Below are positions 1 through 11,102 of a DNA stretch of 64,000 bases, piece by piece. Both the position numbers and the translations under genes were made by a program. Source of the stretch: Botryllus schlosseri. Taxonomy: Eukaryota. Numbering within the stretch: position 1 is the stretch's first letter; each line of letters opens with the position of its first letter. Below the pieces are notes generated by a model, which was not told the DNA's origin, did no database searches, and saw nothing but the letters and a program-made list of their open reading frames with translations. The stretch is from positions 35,340,001 through 35,404,000 of the forward strand of contig CM119373.1 in the NCBI GenBank assembly GCA_051294905.1. The letters run 5' to 3'.

Positions 1-17
1 CCACACTTTCATCAGGC

Positions 18-293
18 TGCAGCGTGGATCCAGTCATTTCTGGGACCTGTCGTTGCAACCTGCCATCTGTTATGCATGGGACCTATCGAATGTGAAAAGA
101 TTTTCGCGAATGTGAGAAAGGTCATGGCAAAATACCGGAATATTTGCAAAACAAAGTATCGTAGCAGTGTGGTGTTGTCGTGGAAGGTGCAATGGTTATC
201 ATCTCAGCCAATATCCAGTATGTCAATGTTGGCAATGAAGGTCATTTACAACTGTGGCCATATACTAACCTTTTGACTTCTAAATATGCCTCG
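18..293 (+). pseudogene. C-terminal relic of an F-box/LRR paralog (collapsed gene)
   Basis: Matches the 3' CDS of intact copies (gcagcgtggatc..., CHLLCMGPIEC...KYRNICKTKYR) with frameshifts; near-identical relics at 11925 and 28020. Confidence 0.8.
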
Positions 294-522
294 GGTGCAG
301 ATAATTGTATAATTGTAATTGTATAATTTGGGTTTTTGAATGACTATGCCCAAGAATTATTGTATGTTGATTTGGATTATAGCTTTGGATTTCATGCTGG
401 GACTGCACACCATCGAACTATCCTTCTCTTAAAATCACCCTTTTCCCCCAATTCAAACAAGCGGTGCTCGATGTATCATTCGTATGGTATCGCTCTTCTA
501 TTTTCACATGATGGTGTCAATA

Positions 523-2115
523 ATGGATGTTGTGAGTAGCTTGCCAGATGAAATGTGGTTGAAGATTCTCGAATACCTTCCACTTCATGACCGTTTTGAA
601 TGGGTCAAACTTACGAAAAAAAGGTTATTTCACCTTGCTGGAGACATATCTGCAGTCCAAGATCTCGATTTTCTCGGATGTAGTTATGTATCGAGCGATC
701 AGTTTTTGAAAATAATCAATCGTTCGACGGACAGTGTGAGATTTTTGTCCTTCCGGGACTGCACATGGCTCTCGAATCAAATCTGCACCACCATGCCGAG
801 ATTGAAAAATCTTGATACACTGGATATACTGGGGTGTTTCTTGAGTAGCGAAACGTTGCACAGTCTACTCCACGCTACGCGTTCCATAAAATGATTGGCT
901 CTATCCACTACCGAACTGGTCATGAAAGATTTTTGTCTGCGGCAGTCAAAACACGAATTGTCACTTCTGGTCTTACATGTAGAATTGCTTCACGATCCCG
1001 GAAAACTCGGCTGGTTTGAAACCAGAACGGTGTTAAAGAATTTTATTAAGACATGTTGTTATTCTAAACCACATTGCATTTCAGTCCAAACTCTCAAGTA
1101 TTTGCCTTTAGATCGTTTTGAAGACATATTCATCGAGACAAATCTTGCTGTTCATAGAGACTCCACCCAGCGAGTGATGCGGGGGGCTTGTGATAAAGCT
1201 TACCATAATCAGATACTGATTGCAGAGACTTTACACAGATATGACAGTCCTCTGTCGGCCGGTTGCTTAGATGATGCCCGGGTGCTCTTTCTTCCTATGC
1301 CGGGATGGAGGCATGGGAGTATGCACGCATCATGTTATTGTGAAGGAATATACCTGCCTGTTGAACTACATGAACTGGAGTATCTTATTTGCTCACGGGA
1401 CGTATATGGTGATGGTACTAGTCCAGATACTGCTGAGGGAGTTTTGCAAAATTGTAGTATTCCGAAACTGACACATCGGGACTTGGGCAGACGGTGCGTT
1501 TCTTATTTTGGTCACGCCGAGGCATTCCCGGGTGTATGCAAGAAATTACCATCTTTCACAAACCTCGTTGAGCTTAATGTGTGTGGGCTGGATTTGAATG
1601 CTAACATGTTTCTATTAGCGATTATGGACATGAAACATTTGAAGGGTTTGTCTTTTTCGCTCCATCTTCCTATTCAATCTGATCCGGATCCTGAACAAGA
1701 CATAATGAATTTCACAACTAAGACATGAGACACGGATGAAAGTTGCAGGTATTCGATGTTTTTATCGAAGTTGGTGAAAAATTTCCCGGATTTGGAAAAG
1801 TTGGAAATAAGTTGTAGCATGGATGCCCGAAAATGCGTTGCTGTCAGTGATTTGGAACCGATTGGGATTCTGGGCAAACTTTGTTATCTATCTCTACATG
1901 GATTCATTTTGGACGATGTAGATCAGCTTGCTCAAATTCTATCCAAATGCATGAAAATATCATCATTGGATCTTGGCCACTTTGAGACTGATGTTGCCCA
2001 TGATTTTTCAGAGTGTTTTGCTTCGTTACGCCATCTCACTTATCTACGACTTGCCCATGATGATTTGGAGTCTGTATCGAAATTCAACGATTTTCACATG
2101 AGTACGTATCTGTAG
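523..2115 (+). pseudogene. F-box/LRR (FBXL18-like) pseudogene, type A
   Basis: F-box LPDEMWLKILEYLPLHDR. In-frame TGA at 892-894 (AGA in paralogs) and 1726-1728 (GGA in 28530 copy). Splice acceptor mutated to ttttcAC at 506-507. 3' end deleted at about 2103, fused to spacer sequence. Confidence 0.9.
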
Positions 2116-2202
2116 GAACACCTTTGTTCTGGCTAAGTCTGTGGCATTTGCCAATCACGGATTGTTTCGACCAATGCCAAAGTGAGAGTGAAGCAGGTAA
2201 GT
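2103..2202 (+). other. Putative non-coding 5' exon and splice donor (GT at 2197) for the 5074 gene
   Basis: aagcag|GTAAGT; the same ~100-nt block precedes most units. Confidence 0.6.
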
Positions 2203-2392
2203 CATAATAATTGCGAACCCTGATAAGTCAATGGTTCTGTCGTCAGCAGAGCCGCCTGTACTGTAAAGTTAGCTTTATACAGCTGGGCCACGAGTCGACA
2301 ATGCCTGTGTTTGACCTTCCTACTCCCTATGTATATGTAGTGACACAGGACCTTATGGTCAACAGACTTCTGTTTTTCCAGTTACTTGATTT

Positions 2393-2736
2393 GGGAGGGA
2401 TATTACGGTACGGGGATGTTAGGGTTAGCAAGGTGGATAGTAGGGTTGGGAGTGGGGGATATTGGAGTTGGGGACGGGGATATTAGGGTTGGGGTAGGGG
2501 CGATATTGGGGTTGAGGTAGGGGGTGTTAGGGTTGGGGGGATATTAGGGTTAGGTTAGGGGTAATATTAGGGTTAGGTTAGGGGTAATATTAGGGCTAGG
2601 TTAGGGGTTAGGGTTAGGTTAGGGGTAATATTAGGGTTAGGTTAGGGGTAATATTAGGGCTAGGTTAGGGGTTAGGGTTAGGTTAGGGGTAATATTAGGG
2701 CTAGGTTAGGGGTAATATTAGGGTTAGGTTAGGGGT
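2393..2736. repeat. G-rich telomere-like minisatellite (about 23-bp unit TAATATTAGGGTTAGGTTAGGGG), G-quadruplex potential
   Basis: Repeated TTAGGG/TTAGG/TTAGGGG motifs read directly; degenerate on the left, regular on the right. Confidence 0.85.
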
Positions 2737-2935
2737 AAGTACACTTGGTATCATGCCCAATTATGCGAGAGTACCTACATGAGTATCTTGGCCGCAAAGT
2801 ACACTTGGTATCATGCCCAATTATGCGAGAGTACCTACATGAGTATCTTGGCCGCAAAGTACACTTGGTATCATGCCCTATTGTGCGAGAGTACCTACAT
2901 GAGTATCTTGGCCGCAAAGTACACTTGGTATCATC
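2737..2935. repeat. 60-bp tandem repeat, about 3.3 copies
   Basis: Unit aagtacacttggtatcatgcccaattatgcgagagtacctacatgagtatcttggccgca recurs at 2737, 2797, 2857 and partially at 2917. Confidence 0.95.
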
Positions 2936-3646
2936 GGGGGATAAACGTCCGACGAGAATCGAATCGGGTCCGCCAAATTAGTGGGCGCTTATCGTTACCA
3001 TTGCGTTATCTCCCCCGCACCTATTATCACACCTTATTATGTGAGTGTCTGTACATGAATGTAATGGGCGCAAAGTGCGTTGTATTTTTTAAATTTTCGA
3101 TAAAAATGCGATACACAATACATAATGTGGTGAAGAGATCGGAGTAAGTCGCTTCCTTGCCCTTTTCCTTCGTTTTCTTGTACAATTTCTTCATCTGGCA
3201 TGCGAGCGAGCGATGTAAAATGTAATCTTGCTCATCACCGGCATGTGTATCTGTGAATTCAAGATGAGTTGTTTATAAGAGGCAATAATATGATATAATA
3301 TGGAACCCCGACTTGATTTATAGGGTTTTGTGATTATAGTGATTATATTGAAAGATGTGCGGCCCGCGGGTTGAGAACCCCTGATTTATAGGGTTTTGTG
3401 GGGAGCACAGTCGGTAACTACGTGAAGCACTATCAATTCCGACACGTTCATGTGCAGCATTAATCGGTGATGGTCATGGGGGTCACTTTCTCGAGGTGGC
3501 CGTATTCTACACTTGACCCTATTTCCTTTAGGTTATGTTGAATATTTGGCTGCTGACTGCTATTGATATTATTTTTACCTTCATTGAAATAGTCCAGATT
3601 CATAACCTAGATTACGGTACTAATTTTCACCTTGAGCAAATGGGCA

Positions 3647-4848
3647 AAGCTGGGCACAAGGATTTGAATACTCGAATCTGAATCAAGTAAGAATGTGGAT
3701 GTGATATAAGTCGGGTAGCGAAAGATGATTTTTTTTGGAGTACTGAAATTTCACTATCCATGCCATAATGTGTTACTTTATCAATGAAAATAAAGTTTTG
3801 ATACTAATTTCTAATGTTTCAGGTTAACAAATCCTAATTTTTTGGGTCATAGCAGCATACCAAACATTGAACATGTATTACATAGCTTTAAGTTACCTCC
3901 ATGTGGTGTCTAATTAGTATTACGGTACTGAAGCGTGTATTCTTCGCGGTTGCATAAAAAGTTCATATTTAAACTCACGATGAGTAAAGCTAGATTACCC
4001 GACGTGACTCAAAGGCCTAGTACCGTAATTTTCCATGTATAATCCGCAAAATTTTCATGATTTTTTGTCCTAAAATAGGGGGATGCGTATTATACACGGG
4101 TACAACAAGCCTTGAAAAAAATCTCCCTCGATAAAAACTGGAAATCACACCTATCCTCATGTTTGTTTCCAATCGCGCATCACTTTCAGCCATCGCGCAT
4201 AGTAATTAGTGGGAAGCGTGTTGCCAATTAACGAGAGTCGTTTGCAAAAGCACGCGATCTCCTGCTGAGTTGGTTTTCCGTTTGTTCGCTAGCGAAATTA
4301 GGTCACTAACAGACACTCGCACGCGGTAATTCTCGCCAATTCATCGCGTCAACGACAGGCCCGAACAATCGCATACGCAATTTATACATACGCGAGAGGC
4401 CATGCGCGCAAGATATAATCGCTTGCGTAATCAGTCTCATCTCCAACAGACCTGTGACGCATGACGTAACCGTTAGCCTAGGCGCAATCGCATCAGTAAT
4501 AGGCATCGTGCGCAAGATGTCGGTTCGTTGGCCTAAACTAACTCGCCGCCGGCCTCGCAGGCTTTGGCTGCTATCTACTATCGTTTAAAGACAATCCCAC
4601 TAATTGTAAAATGATTAGCGATCGTTGTGTAATGATTGTTCAAGAGTGACATCGCAAACCAGAATGACATCGTATACGAAATCGGAGCTATTCATGTACT
4701 GAAATGCAGGGTGCGTACTATACATGGGTACAGGCTTTTTCCCAGAATTTACATGCTATTTTAGGGGTGCGTATTATACATGGGGGCGTACTATACTTGG
4801 AAAATTACGGTACTCGATTCACTCAAGTATTCGATTCTGGTTAGCCTT
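3647..4848 (+). mobile_element. Ancient intronic hAT-type MITE (unit-resident copy), interrupted by the 4023-4810 element
   Basis: Ends match the 36797-37311 element in reverse complement (gctgggcacaaggatttgaatactcgaatctgaatc ... cactcaagtattcgattctggttagcc). Confidence 0.6.
4023..4810. mobile_element. Tc1/mariner-superfamily (pogo/Tigger-like) MITE, 788 bp
   Basis: TIRs CCGTAATTTTCCATGTATA / TATACTTGGAAAATTACGG; TA duplicated at 4021-4022 and 4811-4812; empty site cctagTActcgattc in paralogous units (e.g. about 8920). Confidence 0.9.
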
Positions 4849-5073
4849 TGTCAAGGTGGTTGTAAAAAAGTATTAGTTCAAAACGCAATTGATTGTATAA
4901 TTTGGGTTTTTGAATGACTATGCCCAATAACTTACTTGTGTATGTTGATTCGGATTATAGCTTTGGATTTCATGCTTGGACTGCACACCATCTCTTAAAA
5001 TCTCCCTTTTCCCCCAATTCAAGTAAATGGGGCTCGATGTATCATTCCAATGGTATCCCTTTTCTACTTTTAG

Positions 5074-6969
5074 ATGATGGTGTCAATAATGGATGTTGTG
5101 AGTAGCTTGCCAGATGAAATGTGGTTGAAGATTCTCGAATACCTTCCACTTCATGACCGTTTTGAATGGGTCAAACTTACGAACAAAAGGTTATTTCACC
5201 TTGCTGGAGACATATCTGCAGTCCAAGATCTCGATTTTCACGGCTGTAGTTACATATCGAGCGATCAGTTTTTGAAAATAATCGATCGTTCAAAAGACAG
5301 TGTGAGATATTTATCTTTCCGGGACTGTCCTTGGCTCTCGAATCAAATCTGCACCACCATGCCAAGATTGAGAAATCTTGTAACACTGGATATACTAGGG
5401 TGTTTCTTGAGTAGCGAAACATTGCACAGTCTACTCCGTGCTACGCACTGCCTAAAAAGGTTGGCTCTATCCACTACGGAACGGGTCATGGGAGATTTTT
5501 GTCGGCTACAGCCAAAGTGTGGATTGTCACTTCAAGTATTGCATGTAGAATTTCTTGAAGATCCCGAAACATTCTACAGGTTCAATTCCAGTATGGCGCT
5601 AAAGAATTTTATCAAGAATTTTTGTCATCCAAAACCACAGTGCGTGTCAGTTCAAACGACCAAGGATTGGATTCTTTTTGATTCTAGGGATATTTTCATA
5701 GAGCCATGTCTTGACGTTTATCGAGACTTCAGCCAATTAGTGACGAGGAAAGATTATACTGAAATGTATCAAAATCATTTACATGTTGCCGTTGCTTTAC
5801 ATCAAGATAACAGTGCTCTGACGACGGGTTGCTTAGATAAAGCCAGGGTACTTTGTTTCCCTAATTGGTTGACAGAACTCGATTTGTTTGCAACTTGTTG
5901 TTGTGAAGGACGTCCCCTCCCTCACACTCTATATGAACTTGAGTATCTGGCTTGCTCAATCGTCAATTATCATCCTGTTCTAGGCCGTTCTGCCGAAGAT
6001 GTTTTACTAAATCGTTGCATTCCTAATCTCACCCATCTAGACTTGGGTAGATGGCGGCGGTATTCTGGTGTCACCAAGGGTATATGCAGGAAATTACCTT
6101 TTTTTACAAACCTTGTTGAGCTGAATGTGTGTGGGCTGGACTTGGATGCTAACATGCTCCTATTTGCAATTAAGGGCATGAAGCATTTGAAGGGTTTGTC
6201 GTTTTTGCTACATACTCCTTTACAATGTGACCATGATCCAAAGCAGAATCTAGTGAATTTTACGGCAACTGAGACAAGGGACACAGATGCGAATTGCAGA
6301 TATTCGATATTTTTGTCAAAATTGGTGAAAACTTTCCCAGATTTTGAGAAGTTGGAAATGATGTGTAGCATGGATGCCAGAAAATGCGTTGCTGTCAGTG
6401 ATTTGGAACCGATTGGGATACTGGCCAAACTTCGTTATCTATCTCTACATAGATTTCCCTTGGACGATGTAGATCAGCTTACGAAAATCCTATCCAAGAG
6501 CACGAAAATAGGATCATTGGATCTCGGTCACTTCGAGACTAAGGATGTCTGTGATTTTTCAAGGTGTTTTGCTTCATTACACAATCTCGTTTATCTACGA
6601 CTTGCACATGATGATTTGGAGTCTGTCTCAAAATTCAAAGATTTGCACACGAGTAGAAATCTTCAAAGATTTTCTCTATATTCGAAGTCCACCTTGTCAG
6701 CAGCGTGGATCGAGTCTTTCTTGAGACCAGTCGTTGCAACCTGTGATCTGTTTTGTATGGGACATATCCAATGTCAAAATGTGGATGAAGATGTGAAAAA
6801 GATGATTGCAAAGTACCGCAATATTTGTGAATCGAAATATCGAAACAACGTGGTATTGTCATGTAGTGATGATCGAAGCAGCCAACATCCAGTCTGTCAA
6901 AGTTGGCAGGGAAGGTCGTTTTCATCTGTTGCCACATACAGCCCATTTGACTTCCTAAAGATGCCTTGA
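5074..6969 (+). CDS. FBXL18: F-box/LRR-repeat protein, FBXL18-like, type B (intact, 631 aa; family start ATG at 5089)
   Basis: N-terminal F-box, LxxLxL repeats, family C-terminus HPVCQSWQGRSFS. Motifs resemble human FBXL18 as recalled (VRYLSFRDCPWL ~ IQQLSMAGCYWL; LQRFSLYSKSTL ~ LQRLCLVSRSGTL). The symbol is family-level and was not confirmed by a search. Confidence 0.85.
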   Translation: MMVSIMDVVSSLPDEMWLKILEYLPLHDRFEWVKLTNKRLFHLAGDISAVQDLDFHGCSYISSDQFLKIIDRSKDSVRYLSFRDCPWLSNQICTTMPRLRNLVTLDILGCFLSSETLHSLLRATHCLKRLALSTTERVMGDFCRLQPKCGLSLQVLHVEFLEDPETFYRFNSSMALKNFIKNFCHPKPQCVSVQTTKDWILFDSRDIFIEPCLDVYRDFSQLVTRKDYTEMYQNHLHVAVALHQDNSALTTGCLDKARVLCFPNWLTELDLFATCCCEGRPLPHTLYELEYLACSIVNYHPVLGRSAEDVLLNRCIPNLTHLDLGRWRRYSGVTKGICRKLPFFTNLVELNVCGLDLDANMLLFAIKGMKHLKGLSFLLHTPLQCDHDPKQNLVNFTATETRDTDANCRYSIFLSKLVKTFPDFEKLEMMCSMDARKCVAVSDLEPIGILAKLRYLSLHRFPLDDVDQLTKILSKSTKIGSLDLGHFETKDVCDFSRCFASLHNLVYLRLAHDDLESVSKFKDLHTSRNLQRFSLYSKSTLSAAWIESFLRPVVATCDLFCMGHIQCQNVDEDVKKMIAKYRNICESKYRNNVVLSCSDDRSSQHPVCQSWQGRSFSSVATYSPFDFLKMP

Positions 6970-8039
6970 GTGCAGATCAACCATCCTATTCCTGTTTGAA
7001 TATTGCTCAACATTATTGAACCGCCATTTTCTTTGAATTAATACTTCTCGTTGCATTTCGTTATTTCTTTCGTTTTATCGATAGTGATCAGAACTATTCT
7101 CATATGAGCTAGCTACCAGACATTTCAATTGTATGACATGGTTTTAGATTTGTGAAGGATCCCAATAGAAGGAGTAGTTGCATCCACATTTCCGCTCCTA
7201 TCCAAACTCCACCTAATATGATCCACTGTGATCCATTTGGTGAATTTTTATTTAATTCATGATGGCCTTGCCACTTCCATGTCAGTAATATGTTCATTAC
7301 CGCATTAGCAGTAAATAAATCCGTGTTGATGTTTACACATCCCGTTCCATACATGAACATGTTTAAGTTTATTTATGCTATTATCTTCAACTGTGGTTTC
7401 TGTTTCTTACTGCATATTTGACATCTCGCCAGTTTCACATGTATTCGGTATGATTTATCATTATTCCACTTGACAGTTCCTTGCAGTATCATCTAAACTC
7501 CTGTAGCAAATCGATGTCCGCAATCTCAAAATATTTGAGAACAGTGTCTTCAAATCGTGATCCTTCTGAATAATCAAGACGTAAAATAGCAGCAGTTTTT
7601 ATGCATTCAATTACTGAAATGTATCTCTGTACTGATATAAGTTATTTGTCATGGACCATTGTTCAATTTGTAGAAATCACAGTGACAACGCAAATTTCTT
7701 TTGTGCACAAATGTAATCTTGCGCTTTGGATTGAATTTTACACTAAGTCTCCAATATTGTGTCACCCGAACATCAATTTAATGCATAGATAGTATTTTTA
7801 AAATGCTCTTACCTGTATCATAGCATACGCATAACATTGAATTGAGTTAGCTTGAAAAGGGTGTATATCTCCACAACATACAAACACAGTAGCCATAATT
7901 ATTGACCTACACTACGATCTACGAGTGGCATCTTTGTTCATGAATCATGGATTAGCATTGTGATATCTGGTTTTCTTTAATGGTAATTGTTGACATTGTG
8001 ACATCAGTTGTTATTTTTCTTAAGTATAATTTGTTAGTG

Positions 8040-8147
8040 GAAGTCGGGTACGTATCTGAAGGACAACTTTCTTCTGGCTAAATCTGTGGCATTTGTTAAT
8101 CTAGGACTGTTTCAACCAGGGCCGAAGTGAGAGTGAAGCAGGTAAGC
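8040..8147 (+). other. Putative non-coding 5' exon and donor (GT at 8142); intron 8142-9204
   Basis: gaagcag|GTAAGC; acceptor cttctattttcag at 9204. Confidence 0.65.
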
Positions 8148-8531
8148 TATAATAATCATGGTGCCTATGGTGCTGTAGTTTGCAGCGCTGCCGGTACTGT
8201 AAAGTTAGCTTTATAATCCTAGCCCACTTGTCGACAATGCCTGTGTTTGACCTCCCTACTCCCTATGTAGGCCTATATGTAGTGACACAGGAAACTATGG
8301 TCAACGGGCTTCTGTATCTTCTTTTGGTAAATTTGTACCAGTTCCTGCGTAATCTTGATGAGCTATTGAATCATTGCATCTCCTCAAAGCTGGGGTCGTA
8401 GGTGATATTTCTGTAAGGGTATGTTAATTATTTGGCTGCTAACGGCTATTGCTATTATTTTTACCTCCATTGTAATATTCCAGATTCATAACCTAGATTA
8501 CGGTGCCAATTTTCACCTTGAGAAGAGGCGC

Positions 8532-8963
8532 AAGGCTGGGCACAAGGATTTGAATACTCGAATCTGAATCAAGTAATAATACGGATGCAATCTAGTCGGG
8601 TAGCATGATTTTATTTCGAGTACTGAAATTCCACTATCCCTGCTATAATGTGTTACTTTAGCAATGAATGTAAAGTTGATAGTAATTTCTAATGCTGAAT
8701 GTTTGAAATCTCAATTATTTGTGTCACAGCAGCATACCAAACGTTAAACATGTATTAGAAAGGTATAAATTGCCTTCATGTGGTGTCTAATTAGTATTAC
8801 GGTACTGAACCGTATATACTTTACGGTAGCATGAGAGGTTCATATTTAATCTTTCCACATCTTTCGTACTGCTGTAACGTCACAATGAGTGAAGCTAGAT
8901 TACTCGACTCGACTCAAACCCTAGTACTCGATTCACTCAAGTATTCGATTCTGGCTAGCCTTA
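8532..8963 (+). mobile_element. Ancient intronic hAT-type MITE (unit-resident copy)
   Basis: Both ends homologous to the TSD-flanked element at 36797-37311 (reverse complement). Confidence 0.7.
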
Positions 8964-9248
8964 GTACGAAATCAAGATGACTGTAAAAATGTATTAGTCC
9001 AAAACACGCTTAGTTGTATAAATTGGGTTTTTGAATGACTATGCTCGTGAATTTGTACATTTTGAATCGGAGCATAGCTTTGGATTTCATGTTTGAACTG
9101 CACTCCATCGAACTAGCCTTGTCTAAAAATCTGACCTTGCTTTCCTAATTCAAATAAGCGGTGCTCGATGTATCATTTCAATTGTATCACCCTTCTATTT
9201 TCAGATGATAGTGTCGAGTTGAAGCTTTTCGTTTGACAAGATTCAATA

Positions 9249-11102
9249 ATGGATATTGTGAGCAGCTTGCCAGATGAAATTTGGTTGAAGATTCTCGAAT
9301 ACCTTCCACTGCATGACCGTTTTGAAAGGGTCAAATTTACAAACAAAAGGTTTTATCACCTTGCGGGAAACATATCTGGAGTCCAAGATCTCGATTTTCA
9401 CGGCTGTAGTTATGTATCGAACGATCAGTTTTTGAAAATAATCAATCGTTCAAAGGACAGTGTGAGATTTTTGTCGTTTCGGGACTGTACTTGGTTCTCG
9501 AATCAAATCTGCACCACCATGCCGAGATTGGAAAATCTTGTTACACTGGATGTATTGGGTTGTTTCTTGAGTAGCGAAACATTACACAGTCTACTTGGTG
9601 CCACATGCTCCTTAAAAAGACTGGCTCTATCCATTACGGAACCGGTCATGACAGATTTTTGTCTCTTGAAGTCAAAACGCAGATTGTCACTTCGAGTCTT
9701 GCATGTGGAATTGCTTCACGATCCCAAAACTCTCTATGGTAGCGTAAGCCAAATCATGGTGTTGAGTGATTTTATTAATACATGCTGTCACATGCCGCAC
9801 TGCGTTTCAGTCCAAACGCCGAAGTATATACTTCTCGATGATTTTAAAAACATTATGATTGAGGCAAATCCTGCGATTGATCGTGACTCCATCCAAATGG
9901 TGACGAGGGCAGCTTGTGATGAAACTTATCTAAATCGGTTACTGATTGCCGTTGCTTTACATAGGGATGTGAGTTCTCTGTCGGTTGGTTGCTTAGATGA
10001 ATCGCGATTACTCTGCCTTCCTATGCAGATAAGACATGAGAACTTACTCGCATCTGAACTACATACGCATTTTTTTCCCCCGCGGGACGAATATGTTGAT
10101 GATCCAGATTCTGCTGAGGCAGTTTTGTTAAATTGCTGGATCCCAAAACTGAGACATCTAAACATCGACAGATATTGTAGTTTTGATTTTGGTGTCATTG
10201 ATGTATCTCCTCGTATATGCAAGAAACTACCAACTTTCACAAACCTTGTTGAGCTCAATGTATGTGGGCTGGATTTGCATGCTAACATGCTTCTATTAGC
10301 GATTATGGATATGGAACATTTGAAGGGTTTGTCTTTTTCGCTCCATCTTCCTAAACAATGTGAGCTGGATCCAGGGCAGGATGTGTGGAATTATAAAGCT
10401 GAGACAATAGACGCCGATGAAGAAAGTTGCAGATATTCGATATTTTTGTCGAAATTGGTGAACAATTTCCCGGATTTGAAAAAGCTTGAAATGAAGTGTA
10501 GCGAACATGCCCGAAAATTCGTTTCTGTCAGTGAATTGGAACCAATCGGGATACTGGGCCAACTTCGCCATCTATCTCTACACAGATTCATTTTGGACGA
10601 TGTAGATCAGCTTGCGCAAATCCTATCCAAATGCATGAAAATATCATCATTGGATCTTGGTCACTTTGAGACTGATGTTGCCCATGATTTTTCAGAGTGT
10701 TTTGCTTCGTTACGCCATCTCACTTATCTACGACTTGCCCATGATGACTTGGACGGTGTATCGAAATTCCACGATTTGCACATGAGTAGCAATCTTCGAA
10801 GATTCACTTTTTATTCAGATTGCGCATTGTCAGCAGCGTGGATCGAGTCATTTCTGGGACCGGTTGTTGCAACTTGTGATCTGTTCTGTATGTGCCATAT
10901 CGAATGTCAATATGTGAATGCGGCTGTGAAAAAGTTGATTGAAAAGTACCGGAAGCTTTGTGAATCAAAATATCGTAACAATGTGGTGTTGTCATGCAGT
11001 AATGAACTTGTCAGCCAACATCCAGTGTGTCAAAGTTGGCAGGCACGTTCGTTCTCTACTGTTGCCATGTGCAGCCCTTTTGACTTCGTAAAGAGACCAT
11101 GA
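9249..11102 (+). CDS. FBXL18: F-box/LRR-repeat protein, FBXL18-like, type C (intact, 617 aa)
   Basis: Uninterrupted ORF with F-box, LRRs and conserved C-terminus; in-frame internal deletion after NLLAS. Confidence 0.85.
   Translation: MDIVSSLPDEIWLKILEYLPLHDRFERVKFTNKRFYHLAGNISGVQDLDFHGCSYVSNDQFLKIINRSKDSVRFLSFRDCTWFSNQICTTMPRLENLVTLDVLGCFLSSETLHSLLGATCSLKRLALSITEPVMTDFCLLKSKRRLSLRVLHVELLHDPKTLYGSVSQIMVLSDFINTCCHMPHCVSVQTPKYILLDDFKNIMIEANPAIDRDSIQMVTRAACDETYLNRLLIAVALHRDVSSLSVGCLDESRLLCLPMQIRHENLLASELHTHFFPPRDEYVDDPDSAEAVLLNCWIPKLRHLNIDRYCSFDFGVIDVSPRICKKLPTFTNLVELNVCGLDLHANMLLLAIMDMEHLKGLSFSLHLPKQCELDPGQDVWNYKAETIDADEESCRYSIFLSKLVNNFPDLKKLEMKCSEHARKFVSVSELEPIGILGQLRHLSLHRFILDDVDQLAQILSKCMKISSLDLGHFETDVAHDFSECFASLRHLTYLRLAHDDLDGVSKFHDLHMSSNLRRFTFYSDCALSAAWIESFLGPVVATCDLFCMCHIECQYVNAAVKKLIEKYRKLCESKYRNNVVLSCSNELVSQHPVCQSWQARSFSTVAMCSPFDFVKRP

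Noticed and set aside
2737-2935. CRISPR-like array, or coding repeat ORFs (2729-3147)
   Set aside because: Contiguous 60-bp units with no unique spacers, no cas genes and a eukaryotic context; the ORFs are by-products of a repeat length divisible by 3.
5970-6428. Recurring antisense ORFs (5970, 13307, 20698, 26270, 50337, etc.)
   Set aside because: Shadows of the conserved sense CDS; lengths and starts vary among paralogs and no recognisable domain is present.
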